Positions 40,446-50,012 of a DNA stretch of 64,000 bases are shown here, piece after piece. Under the pieces are notes generated by a model, which saw only the letters and a program-made list of their open reading frames with translations, did no database searches and was not told where the DNA came from. Within the stretch, counting starts at the first letter, position 1. Each line of letters opens with the position of its first letter. The position numbers and the translations under genes are program-made. The stretch comes from an uncultured delta proteobacterium (GTDB lineage Bacteria; Desulfobacterota; Desulfobacteria; Desulfobacterales; QNYZ01), in NCBI GenBank assembly GCA_963783425.1, contig CAWANO010000010.1, positions 613,472-677,471 on the forward strand. The letters run 5' to 3'.

Positions 40446-40475
40446 TGGCCCACAGAGCATTGAGGAGTTTGGTTC

Positions 40476-41177
40476 ATGGATTTTGATTTCACCCCCTATT
40501 TTAGCAGTTATGAAAATATTCGCGCCGCGGCCGAGGCGGCGTTTGAAAATATAAAACGCGCCCATTCCGATGCGGTTAAATGTAAGCTGCGCTGTGACGA
40601 TTGCTGCCATGCGGTGTTCGACTTGTCGTTCATTGAGGCGCTTTACATCAGTTATCATTTCAACCGGCAGGTCGATGAGAGCGATCGGCTACGAATTATT
40701 GAAAAAGCCAATCAGGCCGACCGAAGGGTCTACAAGCTCAAACGCGAGGCCGTTAAAGCGGCGCGGAAAGGGGTGAGCGAAGAAAAGATCATTACCAAAA
40801 TGGGCAAAGAGCGCGTGATCTGTCCGCTGCTCAGCGACGAGCATCGCTGTGAAATGTACCACCTTCGCCCCATCACCTGCCGGGTTTATGGCGTCCCGAT
40901 GGCTATCGGCGGCAAAGGACGCACCTGCGGGCTCTCCGAGTTCAAGCCCGGCGTACCATATCCTACTATCAACATAGACAAACTCAACCAGAGCCTCTAC
41001 GATCTTTCCGCCCAGCTGGTCAGGGCACTCGAATCCCGGCACGCCCGCATGGCAGAAATGTTGGTGCCGCTTTCCATGGCGCTGTTGACCAGTTATAATG
41101 AAACATATCTAGGTGTTGGCCCGGAACCGGAACCAGAAAAGCCGTCCCGAAAGCGGCACAGGCGGGGGGTTCGATGA
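40476..41177 (+). CDS. YkgJ-family (UPF0153) cysteine-cluster protein
   Basis: It has 'CKLRCDDCCHAVF' and later 'CPLL....RCEMYHLRPITCRVYG', the typical CxxCxxCC zinc/iron-chelating domain. Confidence 0.7.
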   Translation: MDFDFTPYFSSYENIRAAAEAAFENIKRAHSDAVKCKLRCDDCCHAVFDLSFIEALYISYHFNRQVDESDRLRIIEKANQADRRVYKLKREAVKAARKGVSEEKIITKMGKERVICPLLSDEHRCEMYHLRPITCRVYGVPMAIGGKGRTCGLSEFKPGVPYPTINIDKLNQSLYDLSAQLVRALESRHARMAEMLVPLSMALLTSYNETYLGVGPEPEPEKPSRKRHRRGVR

Positions 41178-41527
41178 GTATTGAGTTCGATGAGGAGCAG
41201 ACCCAATCGCGCAAACGGGCCGTTTTCGAGGCGATGTCGCCTCGGCGGCAGAAATACATTTTAAAAAAGGGGTACGACCGCTGGGACCCCTTTCAGGAAC
41301 CGAAGGATCCCATTGATATCCGCCGGGATGTATCCAAACGCACAACCCAGATGCTGGTTCGAGAATTTTTAAAGACCCGGCAACAATCAGACGAAAGTTA
41401 CAGTCGCGGTGTGCTGGACATCGCTCTGGGCATCGTCAATCACGATGACTACTATCGCGGCATGTACGAGTTTTCCTGTTGGTACCGCGCGATGCTGGAG
41501 CGAGAGGGGCATGAAAAGGGGTCGTAG
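41174..41527 (+). CDS. hypothetical protein
   Basis: The ATGA start overlaps the upstream stop. It is a charged 117-aa protein with no recognisable domain. Confidence 0.45.
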   Translation: MSIEFDEEQTQSRKRAVFEAMSPRRQKYILKKGYDRWDPFQEPKDPIDIRRDVSKRTTQMLVREFLKTRQQSDESYSRGVLDIALGIVNHDDYYRGMYEFSCWYRAMLEREGHEKGS

Positions 41528-41603
41528 CCCCGCTCAATTCAAAGATCTAAAGCCCGATATAACCCCGATCGTTGCTCCTACTCGCAATCAAGGGAGAAAG
41601 CGA

Positions 41604-42446
41604 ATGCGAACGCGAAAACGAATAGACATTTGCGTGATTACCGCCGCTTGGCTCTTTTTCATGGCAGGATGCGGCCCGCAGCAATTTAAAAGCGACCTCT
41701 TTCTCCCCTTTGAATCGGCCTCCTCGGCCGGACCCACCGCTATAACCCACAACGGCAGCGATTTTATTCTGGCCACTGCCAATCAGATCATCTTTACCCG
41801 CAATATCAAGCTCGAACCCTACTTCGTCGTTGGGCAGCACATGGAGCCCGCCAACTACAGCGAGGGGGGACGCTTTCCCTTGCAGCTTTACGGCGGAGCC
41901 AATGTTTGCGGCCTGGCGTGGGAGAATCGATGCTGCGCGAAGGGGTTTTTATGGATCGTCGATGCCACCGAGAAGGTGATTTTGAAATTTGGAGAAGGGC
42001 GTGAGGCCAAAACGCTATTTGTCAGCCCGGGAAGCGCTCCCAGTGGATTAAGCCATGACGGTCAATACTTGTGGCTTTGTGATCAAGACGATGGAGTGAT
42101 TCGTAAGATCGACCCAAAAACGGGGCGAACCCTGCAAACGTTACGCTCACCGGTGAGGCATCCGACCGGGATTGCTTGGGATTGCGGGCAGTTGTGGGTT
42201 GTGGGCCTATCGCGCTGCGCAGATGCCCAAAAAGGGTGCCAGCGCCCCAGGTTGGTTCGAATGAATATCGAGCAGGACGTGAGTGATCAGGAGGTCGTTT
42301 TACCCGACATGGTTACGCAACCCAATTCCTTAACATGGTTTGACGGCTATCTGTGGGTGGGTGACCGCGCCAGCAACCGAGTCTTTCGATTCTCAACGGC
42401 AACGAGCGTATCCATAGATCCCATCAGGATCGAGACACTATCATAA
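41604..42446 (+). CDS. lipoprotein with beta-propeller-type repeats
   Basis: An AGGGAG RBS lies 7 nt before the ATG at 41604. The lipobox is 'FFMAGC'. The repeated 'G(L/I)xWDxxxLWVxD' blades ('GLAWENRCCAKGFLWIVD', 'GLSHDGQYLWLCD', 'GIAWDCGQLWVVG', 'SLTWFDGYLWVGD') are reminiscent of NHL/glutaminyl-cyclase-like propellers. Confidence 0.6.
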   Translation: MRTRKRIDICVITAAWLFFMAGCGPQQFKSDLFLPFESASSAGPTAITHNGSDFILATANQIIFTRNIKLEPYFVVGQHMEPANYSEGGRFPLQLYGGANVCGLAWENRCCAKGFLWIVDATEKVILKFGEGREAKTLFVSPGSAPSGLSHDGQYLWLCDQDDGVIRKIDPKTGRTLQTLRSPVRHPTGIAWDCGQLWVVGLSRCADAQKGCQRPRLVRMNIEQDVSDQEVVLPDMVTQPNSLTWFDGYLWVGDRASNRVFRFSTATSVSIDPIRIETLS

Positions 42447-42789
42447 CCGGATGGGGAAGCGGCGGGCGGGATTAGGGCTATCGGAACTTCACCGGCCCGT
42501 TAATCCTCACCGTTTCAACCATCAACCTAACAGTTTCCCTCAACAATAGCCCGAATTAGCATGTAGTCCTCCACCGGGCCTAACAATGCCGATCGAAAAT
42601 GTGACAATGTGGCCATGTGCTGGAATCCGTAAAGGTGGCTGGGGCAACAGCAATTTTGCCTTCTTGAGTTGGTTTCAACCACAAAACATAAGCGCCTTTG
42701 CTCATCAGCGCCTTTTGGGTGTTTGCCGCGATCGGGGGGTGCTCCAAGGTGCGGGCGGGGGTCATCCGGGATATTTAAAGCCCCGGTGA

Positions 42790-42805
42790 TGTTCCACGTG
42801 AAACA
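42790..42805. other. parS: parS (ParB-binding site), embedded in a 48-bp imperfect palindrome (42774-42821)
   Basis: TGTTCCACGTGAAACA is the classic parS 16-mer. It is flanked by the inverted arms AAAGCCCCGG and CCGGGGCTTT, giving only 2 mismatches over 48 bp. Confidence 0.85.
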
Positions 42806-42848
42806 TCCCCGGGGCTTTAAAGTGTGCGCTAAACGACGCGGCCATCGT

Positions 42849-43568
42849 TTACCCGTTACGGGTTCTATCTTTGGGGAAGATGATCAGCTTGCCGCCCATA
42901 TATCCGGCAAGTCCGGCCGCGGCCAGGGCCGCCAGATGAAGCGCCACAAAGAACCAGCGACCGGCGCCCCAGGTCGAGGCCACATGAGGGTCGACCAGGC
43001 GCCAGATCACCAGCACGATGGCGACGAGTGTGACGATAGCGGCGCAAATCATCTTGGTGCGAAAAACAGGGGTCATATTGCCGCCGAAACGGCGCTGCCA
43101 GTCCAGATACCCGGTGAAGATCACCAGCGGCATGGCCAGGGCCACAAAGACCACGTTGTAGAAAGCGGCGGTCTTGAGCGCGATGGATCCCGTCAGCAAC
43201 CCCAATAGCAAAAAAAGTACCGCCACCGGCAGGACGCCATTGGGTATATGAACGCTTATGGGATGGCCGTGCAGGTCGACGATGGTGTCGATGAGGCTCG
43301 TTTGCCAACCGGCGGCAACTGGCGGTGCGGTTTCGTCGGCGCTTATCTTCGGAGAAGATGGCGCGGCCGGCTGCTGATCGCCTGCGACCATCTGCTCATC
43401 CTGTTCCGCCGGTGCCGCTTCTACCTGCTTTGCATCGGAATCGGCGCTTTTGGTGGGTAGCTCGACCAGTTCGAAAAGGGACCTGTCAGCCCCGCAAACG
43501 GGGCACTTTTCGGGCGGCTCATCGCCCGTGTGAACGTATCCGCACACCGTACATCGCCATTGTTTCAT
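42849..43568 (-). CDS. rubredoxin-type zinc-ribbon domain fused to a DUF2231-like membrane domain
   Basis: The N-terminus reads 'WRCTVCGYVHTGDEPPEKCPVCGA'. A low-complexity linker follows, then 4 predicted TM helices with His residues ('HGHPISVHIPNG'). Confidence 0.65.
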   Translation of the reverse strand: MKQWRCTVCGYVHTGDEPPEKCPVCGADRSLFELVELPTKSADSDAKQVEAAPAEQDEQMVAGDQQPAAPSSPKISADETAPPVAAGWQTSLIDTIVDLHGHPISVHIPNGVLPVAVLFLLLGLLTGSIALKTAAFYNVVFVALAMPLVIFTGYLDWQRRFGGNMTPVFRTKMICAAIVTLVAIVLVIWRLVDPHVASTWGAGRWFFVALHLAALAAAGLAGYMGGKLIIFPKDRTRNG

Positions 43569-43804
43569 CGCATATCTCCCGTAGCGTTAGAATCGTCGGT
43601 CATGGAATCCTTTAAATAAACAGGGATAGCCAGGGATGTAAAGTGAAAAATAGAGAGACCCATCGGTTTCGAGTGTTCAGGGTAACGCAGGCAAAATCGA
43701 CCCTTTCCGGTTTTTAATGCTGGCTGAAAATTAAGGCTTGACGCCTCCATCCGAGGCGGCATACCATATTTTCATTTGAGACCCATAGCAAAGGAGGGTG
43801 TCGG

Positions 43805-44104
43805 ATGGTAAAAGTACTGATCAAGCGTCGCTACAAACCCGGCAAAGAAAAAGAGGTCGCCGCCTTGCTCAACGAATTTCGGGCGGGGGCCCTGAATCGC
43901 CCCGGTTACATCTCGGGCATCACCTTAATCAATGCCGAAGACATCAATGTGCGCCTGGTCATCGGTACCTGGGAATCATTAGAGGCTTGGGAGTCCTGGA
44001 AAGAGAGTGACACGCGCCGCACCTTCGACAAGATGATTGCCGTTTACCAGGAAGGCCCCACCCAATACGAAACCTATTTTACCGCTCCAGGGCGGGGCGC
44101 CTAG
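43805..44104 (+). CDS. antibiotic-biosynthesis-monooxygenase (ABM) domain protein
   Basis: The 99-aa sequence 'VKVLIKRRYKPGKEKE...GYISGITLINAEDINVRLVIGTWESLEAWESW' has the ferredoxin-like ABM pattern. Confidence 0.7.
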   Translation: MVKVLIKRRYKPGKEKEVAALLNEFRAGALNRPGYISGITLINAEDINVRLVIGTWESLEAWESWKESDTRRTFDKMIAVYQEGPTQYETYFTAPGRGA

Positions 44105-44211
44105 CGCTGAAACGAAACCAGCAGCCCGCCGGCAGCATCACCGCCAAAAACCGGCAGGTTACCAAGCGGGACACAATCTCGTAGCGGCCTTAAACGCCTG
44201 CCGGCCAAAAC

Positions 44212-44259
44212 AAAACCCCCGCGCATCCCGGGTTGGGGATGAATGGGGGGTTTTATTTT
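44212..44259. terminator. bidirectional Rho-independent terminator
   Basis: AAAACCCCC...(inner CATCCC/GGGATG stem)...GGGGGTTTT is followed by ATTTT on the plus strand and TTTTGTTTT on the minus strand. It lies between convergent genes. Confidence 0.7.
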
Positions 44260-44283
44260 ATCAACGGCGGGTTTGCGTTGGTA

Positions 44284-45416
44284 TCAGATCATCATAAAAC
44301 TCCACAAAATGCCGGCGCAAATGGCCGAGCCGATCACGCCTGACGCGTTGCAGGCCATGCCATGCATGAGCAGATAGTTGCTCGGGTCGGCGCGCTAAGC
44401 CCTCCAGGTGAACTTCGCGGGCTGACCCGGGCACGGCCGAAACACCCGCCGCTCCCAGGAGGGGGTTGATTTTTTGCTTCGAGAAAAAGGTTCATGATTT
44501 TAGCGAAGATTACCCCGCTGGCCGTAGCGATACTGAAAGCGACCGCGCCCAGAATAAAGATACCCACCGACTTGACCGTCAAAAAGACGTCGCCCTGGGT
44601 GCTGCAGCCCACCAGAAACCCCAGAAAGATGGTGGCTGTATCGATGATGGCCGTGCGGGCGGTGTTGGCCAGGCGGTCGGTCACACCGCACTCCTTGAGG
44701 AAATTACCAAAGAAAAAAGGCCCCAGCAAGGGGATCGAGGCCGGCGCCAAAAAACAGCACAGCAAAACCGCCACCACCGGAAAAATAACGCGCTCCTTAC
44801 GGGTGACCTCCCGTTTGGGATCGGGCATGTGGATGCGGCGCTCGTTTTGGGTAGTGAGAAGTCGCATGATCGGCGGCTGGATCACGGGGATCAGGGCCAT
44901 GTAGGAGTAGGCGGCGATGGCCACCGGACCCACCAAGTGGGGGGCCAGCTTGGCTGTCAGAAAGATCGAGGTGGGGCCGTCGGCACCGCCGATGATGGCG
45001 ACCGAGGCGGCCTCTTTGGGTAGAAACCCCAGCGCCAAGGCGCTGAGCAAGGTGAAGTAGATGCCCATCTGGGCCGCCGCGCCGAGCAACATCAGCTTGG
45101 GGTTGCCGATCAGCGATGAAAAATCGGTCATGGCGCCGAGTCCAAGAAAGACAATGGATGGGTAAAGCCCTGATTTCACACCAAAATAGAGATAGTACAA
45201 AACACTTCCGGGTTCGTAAACGCCCAGACCGAAGCCTTTAAAGAAGGGCACGTTGCCGACAATGATGCCGAAACCGATGGGCACCAATAGCAGCGGTTCA
45301 AAATTTTTAGCGGCCCCTAAATAGACGAAGGTCGAGCCCACCAGAATCATGATCAAATGGCGGTAATCGGCCAAGAAGAATCCGGTATTACCTAAAAATT
45401 GTAAGAACAAATCCAT
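44284..45416 (-). CDS. sodium-translocating decarboxylase beta subunit (OadB/GcdB/MmdB family) with two 1-nt frameshifts near the 3' end
   Basis: The N-terminal 310 aa are typical ('FEPLLLVPIGFGIIVGN', 'MTDFSSLIGNPK'). After 'LFLEAK' the family sequence continues in the +1 frame ('INPLLGAAGVSAVPGSAREVHLEGL'). It then shifts +1 again ('RADPSNYLLMHGMACNASGVIGSAICAGILWSFMMI*'), with the stop at 44284-44286. The track ORF end at 44334 is an out-of-frame tail. Confidence 0.85.
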
Positions 45417-45445
45417 TGCTGAAAGATCCTTTGGCGCGGTGCGCG

Positions 45446-45913
45446 CTATTTGTTCCAGGAAAACTGGCCGCTGGGTTGTACCAAGAGCATGTTTTGGCGT
45501 CGAAAGTGGGAAATGCTCAGATGGGGATGGGCCAGATCCAACTCCCGGGCCACCTGATAGAGGTCGGCCAGATCGAAACTATCGCCCAGCGGGGCGGAAG
45601 CGGTCTGGTACTGAACCAGGTCGGCCTCAAGGTCGAGGGCGTAGCTGGATGGTTCGGCGCTCTTTGGCGGTGCCTGGGCCGCCATCACGGCCGCTTCAGG
45701 TTGCAGCGTTTTTTTGTCGAACAGGTCGATGATCCGATACAACTGTGAGATGGTGGTCGAGAGCAGTACCAGACCGAAAAAGACAATCAGGGCGCCCGTT
45801 GCCGCCATGGCCCAGCCATTGTGGGTGGCAATTGCTTCTAAACCGTACACGGTGATTACCTCCTTGGGTGTCAACAAACCTTCCTGTAAATCAAATATGG
45901 ATGTGTCTGTCAA
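45446..45913 (-). CDS. OadG-like small membrane subunit with extended C-terminus (tentative)
   Basis: It has a single TM helix ('AMAATGALIVFFGLVLLSTTISQL') in the position typical of decarboxylase gamma subunits. It lies directly upstream of the beta subunit. Confidence 0.45.
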   Translation of the reverse strand: MTDTSIFDLQEGLLTPKEVITVYGLEAIATHNGWAMAATGALIVFFGLVLLSTTISQLYRIIDLFDKKTLQPEAAVMAAQAPPKSAEPSSYALDLEADLVQYQTASAPLGDSFDLADLYQVARELDLAHPHLSISHFRRQNMLLVQPSGQFSWNK

Positions 45914-46105
45914 TAAAAAAACCGTGTCAGAATGACGGCTGTAAGGTCGTAAGGGCGCCCCAGGATTTTAACACGCTTGACCCAAAGCCCAGATTATATC
46001 TATATATCTTTTTTCGTCATGATTATAACTTGGTCTTCAGCCTGCGGGCGAGGGGATGAGGATCACTTCACGCAACGCTTTATCAGTCACAGCAGGAGGC
46101 ACATT

Positions 46106-47299
46106 ATGCTTAGGTTTCGGATGACCTTGTTAGCGGTTCTTTTAATTTGCCTGGCAACCCTACTAGGTGTCGGCCCCCATGCCATGGCCGCGGACACACC
46201 CTTCACCTTTGGTCTATTGCTGGTGGGGCCTTACAATGATCACGGCTGGAGCCAGGCCCATTACGAGGCGGGTCAACACATCGAAAAGGCCATGCCGGGG
46301 ACCAAAATGATCTACATCGACAAAGTCAACCCGGCCGATCGGCCGGGCGTCACCATTCCCCAACTGGTGGAGGACATGGTGGAAAAAGGTGCCCAAATGA
46401 TCATTGCCAACTCCGATGACATGAAAGACGGCACCCGCGAGGCGGCCCTGATGTTTCCCGACACTTATTTTCTGCATATCTCCGGCGATGACGTGCCCAA
46501 GGGTAAAGCCCCCCAGAACCTCTCCAATCTGATGGGTCGCATGGAGTACGGGAAAATGATGGCCGGATTCGCCGCGGCCATGACCACCCAGACCGGTAAA
46601 ATCGGCTACCTGGGACCCCTGGTCAACGAGGAGACGCGCCGTTTGGCGGCAGCTTGTTATCTGGGCGCGCACTACGCCTGGACCGAAGTGCTTAAAAAGG
46701 ATCCCGCCGATCTCAAATTCAAGGTGACCTGGATCGGGTTCTGGTTCAATATTCCCGGGGTGACCGCTGACCCGACCCAAGTGGCCCAAAATTTTTTCAA
46801 TACCGGCTACGACGTGGTGATATCGGGTATCGATACCACCGAAGCGCTCACCGTGGCCACCCAGAAACGACAAGAGGGAAAATCGGTCTGGGCCGTGCCC
46901 TACGATTACGTCGGTGCCTGCAAGGGCGGTGATGATGTCTGCCTGGGGGTACCCTATTTTAACTGGGTGCCGGGCTACCTTGATTTCATCACGGCGGCCA
47001 AAGAGGGCGAGTGGCGTTCGCGCTGGGAATGGCTGGGGCCGGATTGGAACGATATCAACGACCGAAAGACCAGCACGGTGGGCTTTGAAAAGGGACCGGC
47101 CCTGTCGGATGCGGCCGCCAAAGCCCTGGACCAGTTCATCAGCGATTTGGGCGCCGGCAAAGTGCAGCTCTTCAAGGGACCGCTCAACTACCAGGACGGC
47201 AGCGTCTTCCTTGAGGCGGACCAGGTGGCCGACGACAACCAGATTTGGTACATGGAGCAGCTGCTGGAAGGCATGGACGGGCAAAGCAGCGCCAAGTAG
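46106..47299 (+). CDS. BMP-family ABC transporter substrate-binding protein
   Basis: An AGGAGG RBS lies 6 nt before the ATG at 46106. The signal peptide is 'LLICLATLLGVGPHAMA'. 'FGLLLVGPYNDHGWSQAHYEAG' is the Bmp/PnrA-type pattern. Confidence 0.85.
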   Translation: MLRFRMTLLAVLLICLATLLGVGPHAMAADTPFTFGLLLVGPYNDHGWSQAHYEAGQHIEKAMPGTKMIYIDKVNPADRPGVTIPQLVEDMVEKGAQMIIANSDDMKDGTREAALMFPDTYFLHISGDDVPKGKAPQNLSNLMGRMEYGKMMAGFAAAMTTQTGKIGYLGPLVNEETRRLAAACYLGAHYAWTEVLKKDPADLKFKVTWIGFWFNIPGVTADPTQVAQNFFNTGYDVVISGIDTTEALTVATQKRQEGKSVWAVPYDYVGACKGGDDVCLGVPYFNWVPGYLDFITAAKEGEWRSRWEWLGPDWNDINDRKTSTVGFEKGPALSDAAAKALDQFISDLGAGKVQLFKGPLNYQDGSVFLEADQVADDNQIWYMEQLLEGMDGQSSAK

Positions 47300-47332
47300 C
47301 GTGGCTTTCTTCACGCCCGCGGCTGCCATCAC

Positions 47333-48796
47333 ATGCAGATCGAACTAAGGCATATCGTCAAGCATTACGGCCCGGTGCGCGCCTGTGACGACGTATCAAT
47401 GACCGTGGCGGCCGGCTCCATTCACGGCCTGCTGGGGGAAAACGGGGCCGGCAAGAGCACGCTTATGAAGGTGCTGACCGGCTACACGCGCCCACAGGCC
47501 GGAGAGATCGTGCTTGACGGCCAACGGATCGATCTGCTGCGGCCGGCCATGGCCGTGGCCTACGGTATCGGTATGCTCTACCAGGAGCCTATGGATTTCC
47601 CGGCCCTGTCGGTGTTGGACAATTTCATGGCGGGCCAAGCCCGGCGACTGCGGGCCCGGCGTCGCCACCACGCCAGGCGCTTGGCGGCGCTGTGTGAGAT
47701 GCTCGGCTTTGCCATGGACCCCCAGGCGCCGGCGGGGCTTTTAACCGTGGGCGAACGCCAGCAGCTTGAATTGATGCGGCTGCTGGCGCTGGGCATCGAG
47801 GTGCTGATATTAGACGAGCCCACCACGGGTATATCCGATACACAAAAGCAGGTACTGTTTGCGGCCCTCAAACGGCTGGCCGCCGAGGGCAAAAGTATCA
47901 TTCTCGTGTCGCACAAGCTCGAAGATGTCGAAGCGCTCTGCGACCGCGTGACCGTGCTCAGGCAGGGCCGCCTCAGCGGCCAAATGAAAAACCCCTTTGA
48001 CACCTCACGCCTGCTGAATATGATGTTTGGCCAGCCGCCGCAAACGCCCCCCAAACCATCGTCCCAACAGAGCCAGACAGTGCTGGCCATGGAGGCCGTC
48101 TCGGCCACCGGTGGGCGCACGGGCCTGCGCGATTGCACGGTGGCCGTGGATCAGGGCGAAATTGCGGGTTTGGCCGGGCTTGAAGGCAGCGGCCAAGGGG
48201 TTTTTTTACGAGTGGCGGCCGGTCTCAACCGGCCCTACCGGGGCCGCTTGCGCATCGGCGACCTGCTCTTCCGGCGCGGCACAAATTATCATGACCAGCG
48301 CCGCCGAGGCGTCTTTTTCCTGCCCGGCTCGCGGCTGGAAGAGGGGTTGATTTGCGGTTTGACCATCGTCGAACATTTCGCTCTACTCGAGCCCCAGCCC
48401 AGATTCCTTGTCGACTGGCAAGGGGCGCGGCGTCAGGCCAAGGCGTGCATCTCCCAGTTTAATATCAAGGGGCTGCCCGATACCGACGTGGCCTTGCTCT
48501 CCGGTGGAAACCAACAGCGCCTATTGCTCTCTTTCCTGCCCAAATCTCCCCTGCTGTTGCTGCTGGAAAATCCGACCCGCGGCTTGGATATCAATTCGGC
48601 CCACTGGGTGTGGCGACACCTGCAGCAATACCGCCAAAACGGAGCCGGCATCGTATTCTCCTCGGCTGAGATCGACGAGATTCTCATGGCCGCCCAGCGA
48701 GTGATTGTTTTTTTCGACGGCAGCGTGGCAGCCGACCGGGCCGGAGAGGCGCTGGACCTGGAGCAGCTGGGACGGGCCATTGCGGGAAAAAAGTAA
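47333..48796 (+). CDS. ABC transporter ATP-binding protein (duplicated ATPase)
   Basis: It has Walker A 'GENGAGKST', the signature 'LTVGERQQLE', Walker B 'LILDEPT', and a degenerate second half ('LSGGNQQRL'). Confidence 0.9.
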   Translation: MQIELRHIVKHYGPVRACDDVSMTVAAGSIHGLLGENGAGKSTLMKVLTGYTRPQAGEIVLDGQRIDLLRPAMAVAYGIGMLYQEPMDFPALSVLDNFMAGQARRLRARRRHHARRLAALCEMLGFAMDPQAPAGLLTVGERQQLELMRLLALGIEVLILDEPTTGISDTQKQVLFAALKRLAAEGKSIILVSHKLEDVEALCDRVTVLRQGRLSGQMKNPFDTSRLLNMMFGQPPQTPPKPSSQQSQTVLAMEAVSATGGRTGLRDCTVAVDQGEIAGLAGLEGSGQGVFLRVAAGLNRPYRGRLRIGDLLFRRGTNYHDQRRRGVFFLPGSRLEEGLICGLTIVEHFALLEPQPRFLVDWQGARRQAKACISQFNIKGLPDTDVALLSGGNQQRLLLSFLPKSPLLLLLENPTRGLDINSAHWVWRHLQQYRQNGAGIVFSSAEIDEILMAAQRVIVFFDGSVAADRAGEALDLEQLGRAIAGKK

Positions 48797-48867
48797 TGAT
48801 GGTTTCACTAAAGATCCGATCCGCGCTGACCTGCATACACCAAACACGCATGGAATGGCACTAAGCA

Positions 48868-50010
48868 ATGTCGACACCGCCGTCGCCGCCGTCTGATATC
48901 AACGCCGCAAGTGTGCCGAAGCGGCCTTGCGTGCGCGGCGCGGGTCTGCAAGCGGCTATCCAAATTGGGGTGTCGCTGCTGGTGGTGATGCTCTTTACGA
49001 CGCTGGTACTGTGGTTGGCCGGGGCGCCGCCGCTGGCGGCCTACGAGGCCATTTTTAAAGGCAGTTTGGGTAGCTGGACGAAACTCTCCCATGTCATCAA
49101 GGCCTGGATACCGCTCACCTTGTGCGCCTGCGGACTGCTCTTCACCTTTCGGATCGGGCTGTGGAATATTGGTGTAGAGGGGCAGGTGATGATGGGCGCC
49201 GTCTTCGCCACGGCGGCCCTGCGCTGGGGCGTGAGCAGCCCGCATCCGTCGCTGTATATCGTGGCGGCCTTTGCGATGGGTATGCTGGGTGGCGGTGTGT
49301 GGGCCATCCTTGCGGGGCTGCTCAAAACCCGGGGCGGCGTGCATGAAATCTTTTCCGGGCTGGGGCTTAATTTTGTGGCTCAGGGCATTATTTTGTGGTT
49401 GATTTTCGGCCCCTGGAAACGACCCGGAGTGGCTTCCATGAGCGGCACCGAGCTTTTTCCGCGCGAGCTGTGGCTCTCGTATCTAAATCAGCCGAAAATA
49501 TCACCGGTGGGGTTGGGTTTGGCCGTGGCCGGGTTGCTGGTTACGGCCGCGGTGATCGGGCGCACGCGCATCGGCCTGAGCCTGAAGGCTATCGGTAAAA
49601 ATCCGCGCGCAGCCTACCTTTTTGGTTTGCACCCCACGCGTTACATGCTGCTGGCGATGCTGCTGGCAGGTGGGCTGGCGGGGATGGCCGGCACCCTCCA
49701 GGTGGCGGGGGTGTATCATCGGCTAATTCCGGCCATTTCAAGTAATTACGGATACTTAGCGTTACTGGTGGTGATGCTTGCCAACTACAATGTGTGGGCC
49801 CTACCGGCGGTGGCGCTATTCTTCGCCGCCCTCAACGTGGGCAGCATTCAGCTGCCCATGATTCTGCAAATGGATTCCTCGTTGAGTGGCGTTATCCAGG
49901 GGGCCACGGTGCTGGCTGTTTTGGCGGTGCAGGGGGTTCGCCTTCAGATCGCCCGACGACGGGCCGTGGCGCCGGCCCTTTCCGCAACGCCCGCTTCCGG
50001 TGGAGACTGA
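48868..50010 (+). CDS. ABC transporter permease
   Basis: It is a multi-TM protein with 'FRIGLWNIGVEGQVMMGAV', typical of the BMP/ribose-type permease family. The start is uncertain. Confidence 0.85.
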   Translation: MSTPPSPPSDINAASVPKRPCVRGAGLQAAIQIGVSLLVVMLFTTLVLWLAGAPPLAAYEAIFKGSLGSWTKLSHVIKAWIPLTLCACGLLFTFRIGLWNIGVEGQVMMGAVFATAALRWGVSSPHPSLYIVAAFAMGMLGGGVWAILAGLLKTRGGVHEIFSGLGLNFVAQGIILWLIFGPWKRPGVASMSGTELFPRELWLSYLNQPKISPVGLGLAVAGLLVTAAVIGRTRIGLSLKAIGKNPRAAYLFGLHPTRYMLLAMLLAGGLAGMAGTLQVAGVYHRLIPAISSNYGYLALLVVMLANYNVWALPAVALFFAALNVGSIQLPMILQMDSSLSGVIQGATVLAVLAVQGVRLQIARRRAVAPALSATPASGGD

Positions 50011-50012
50011 TC

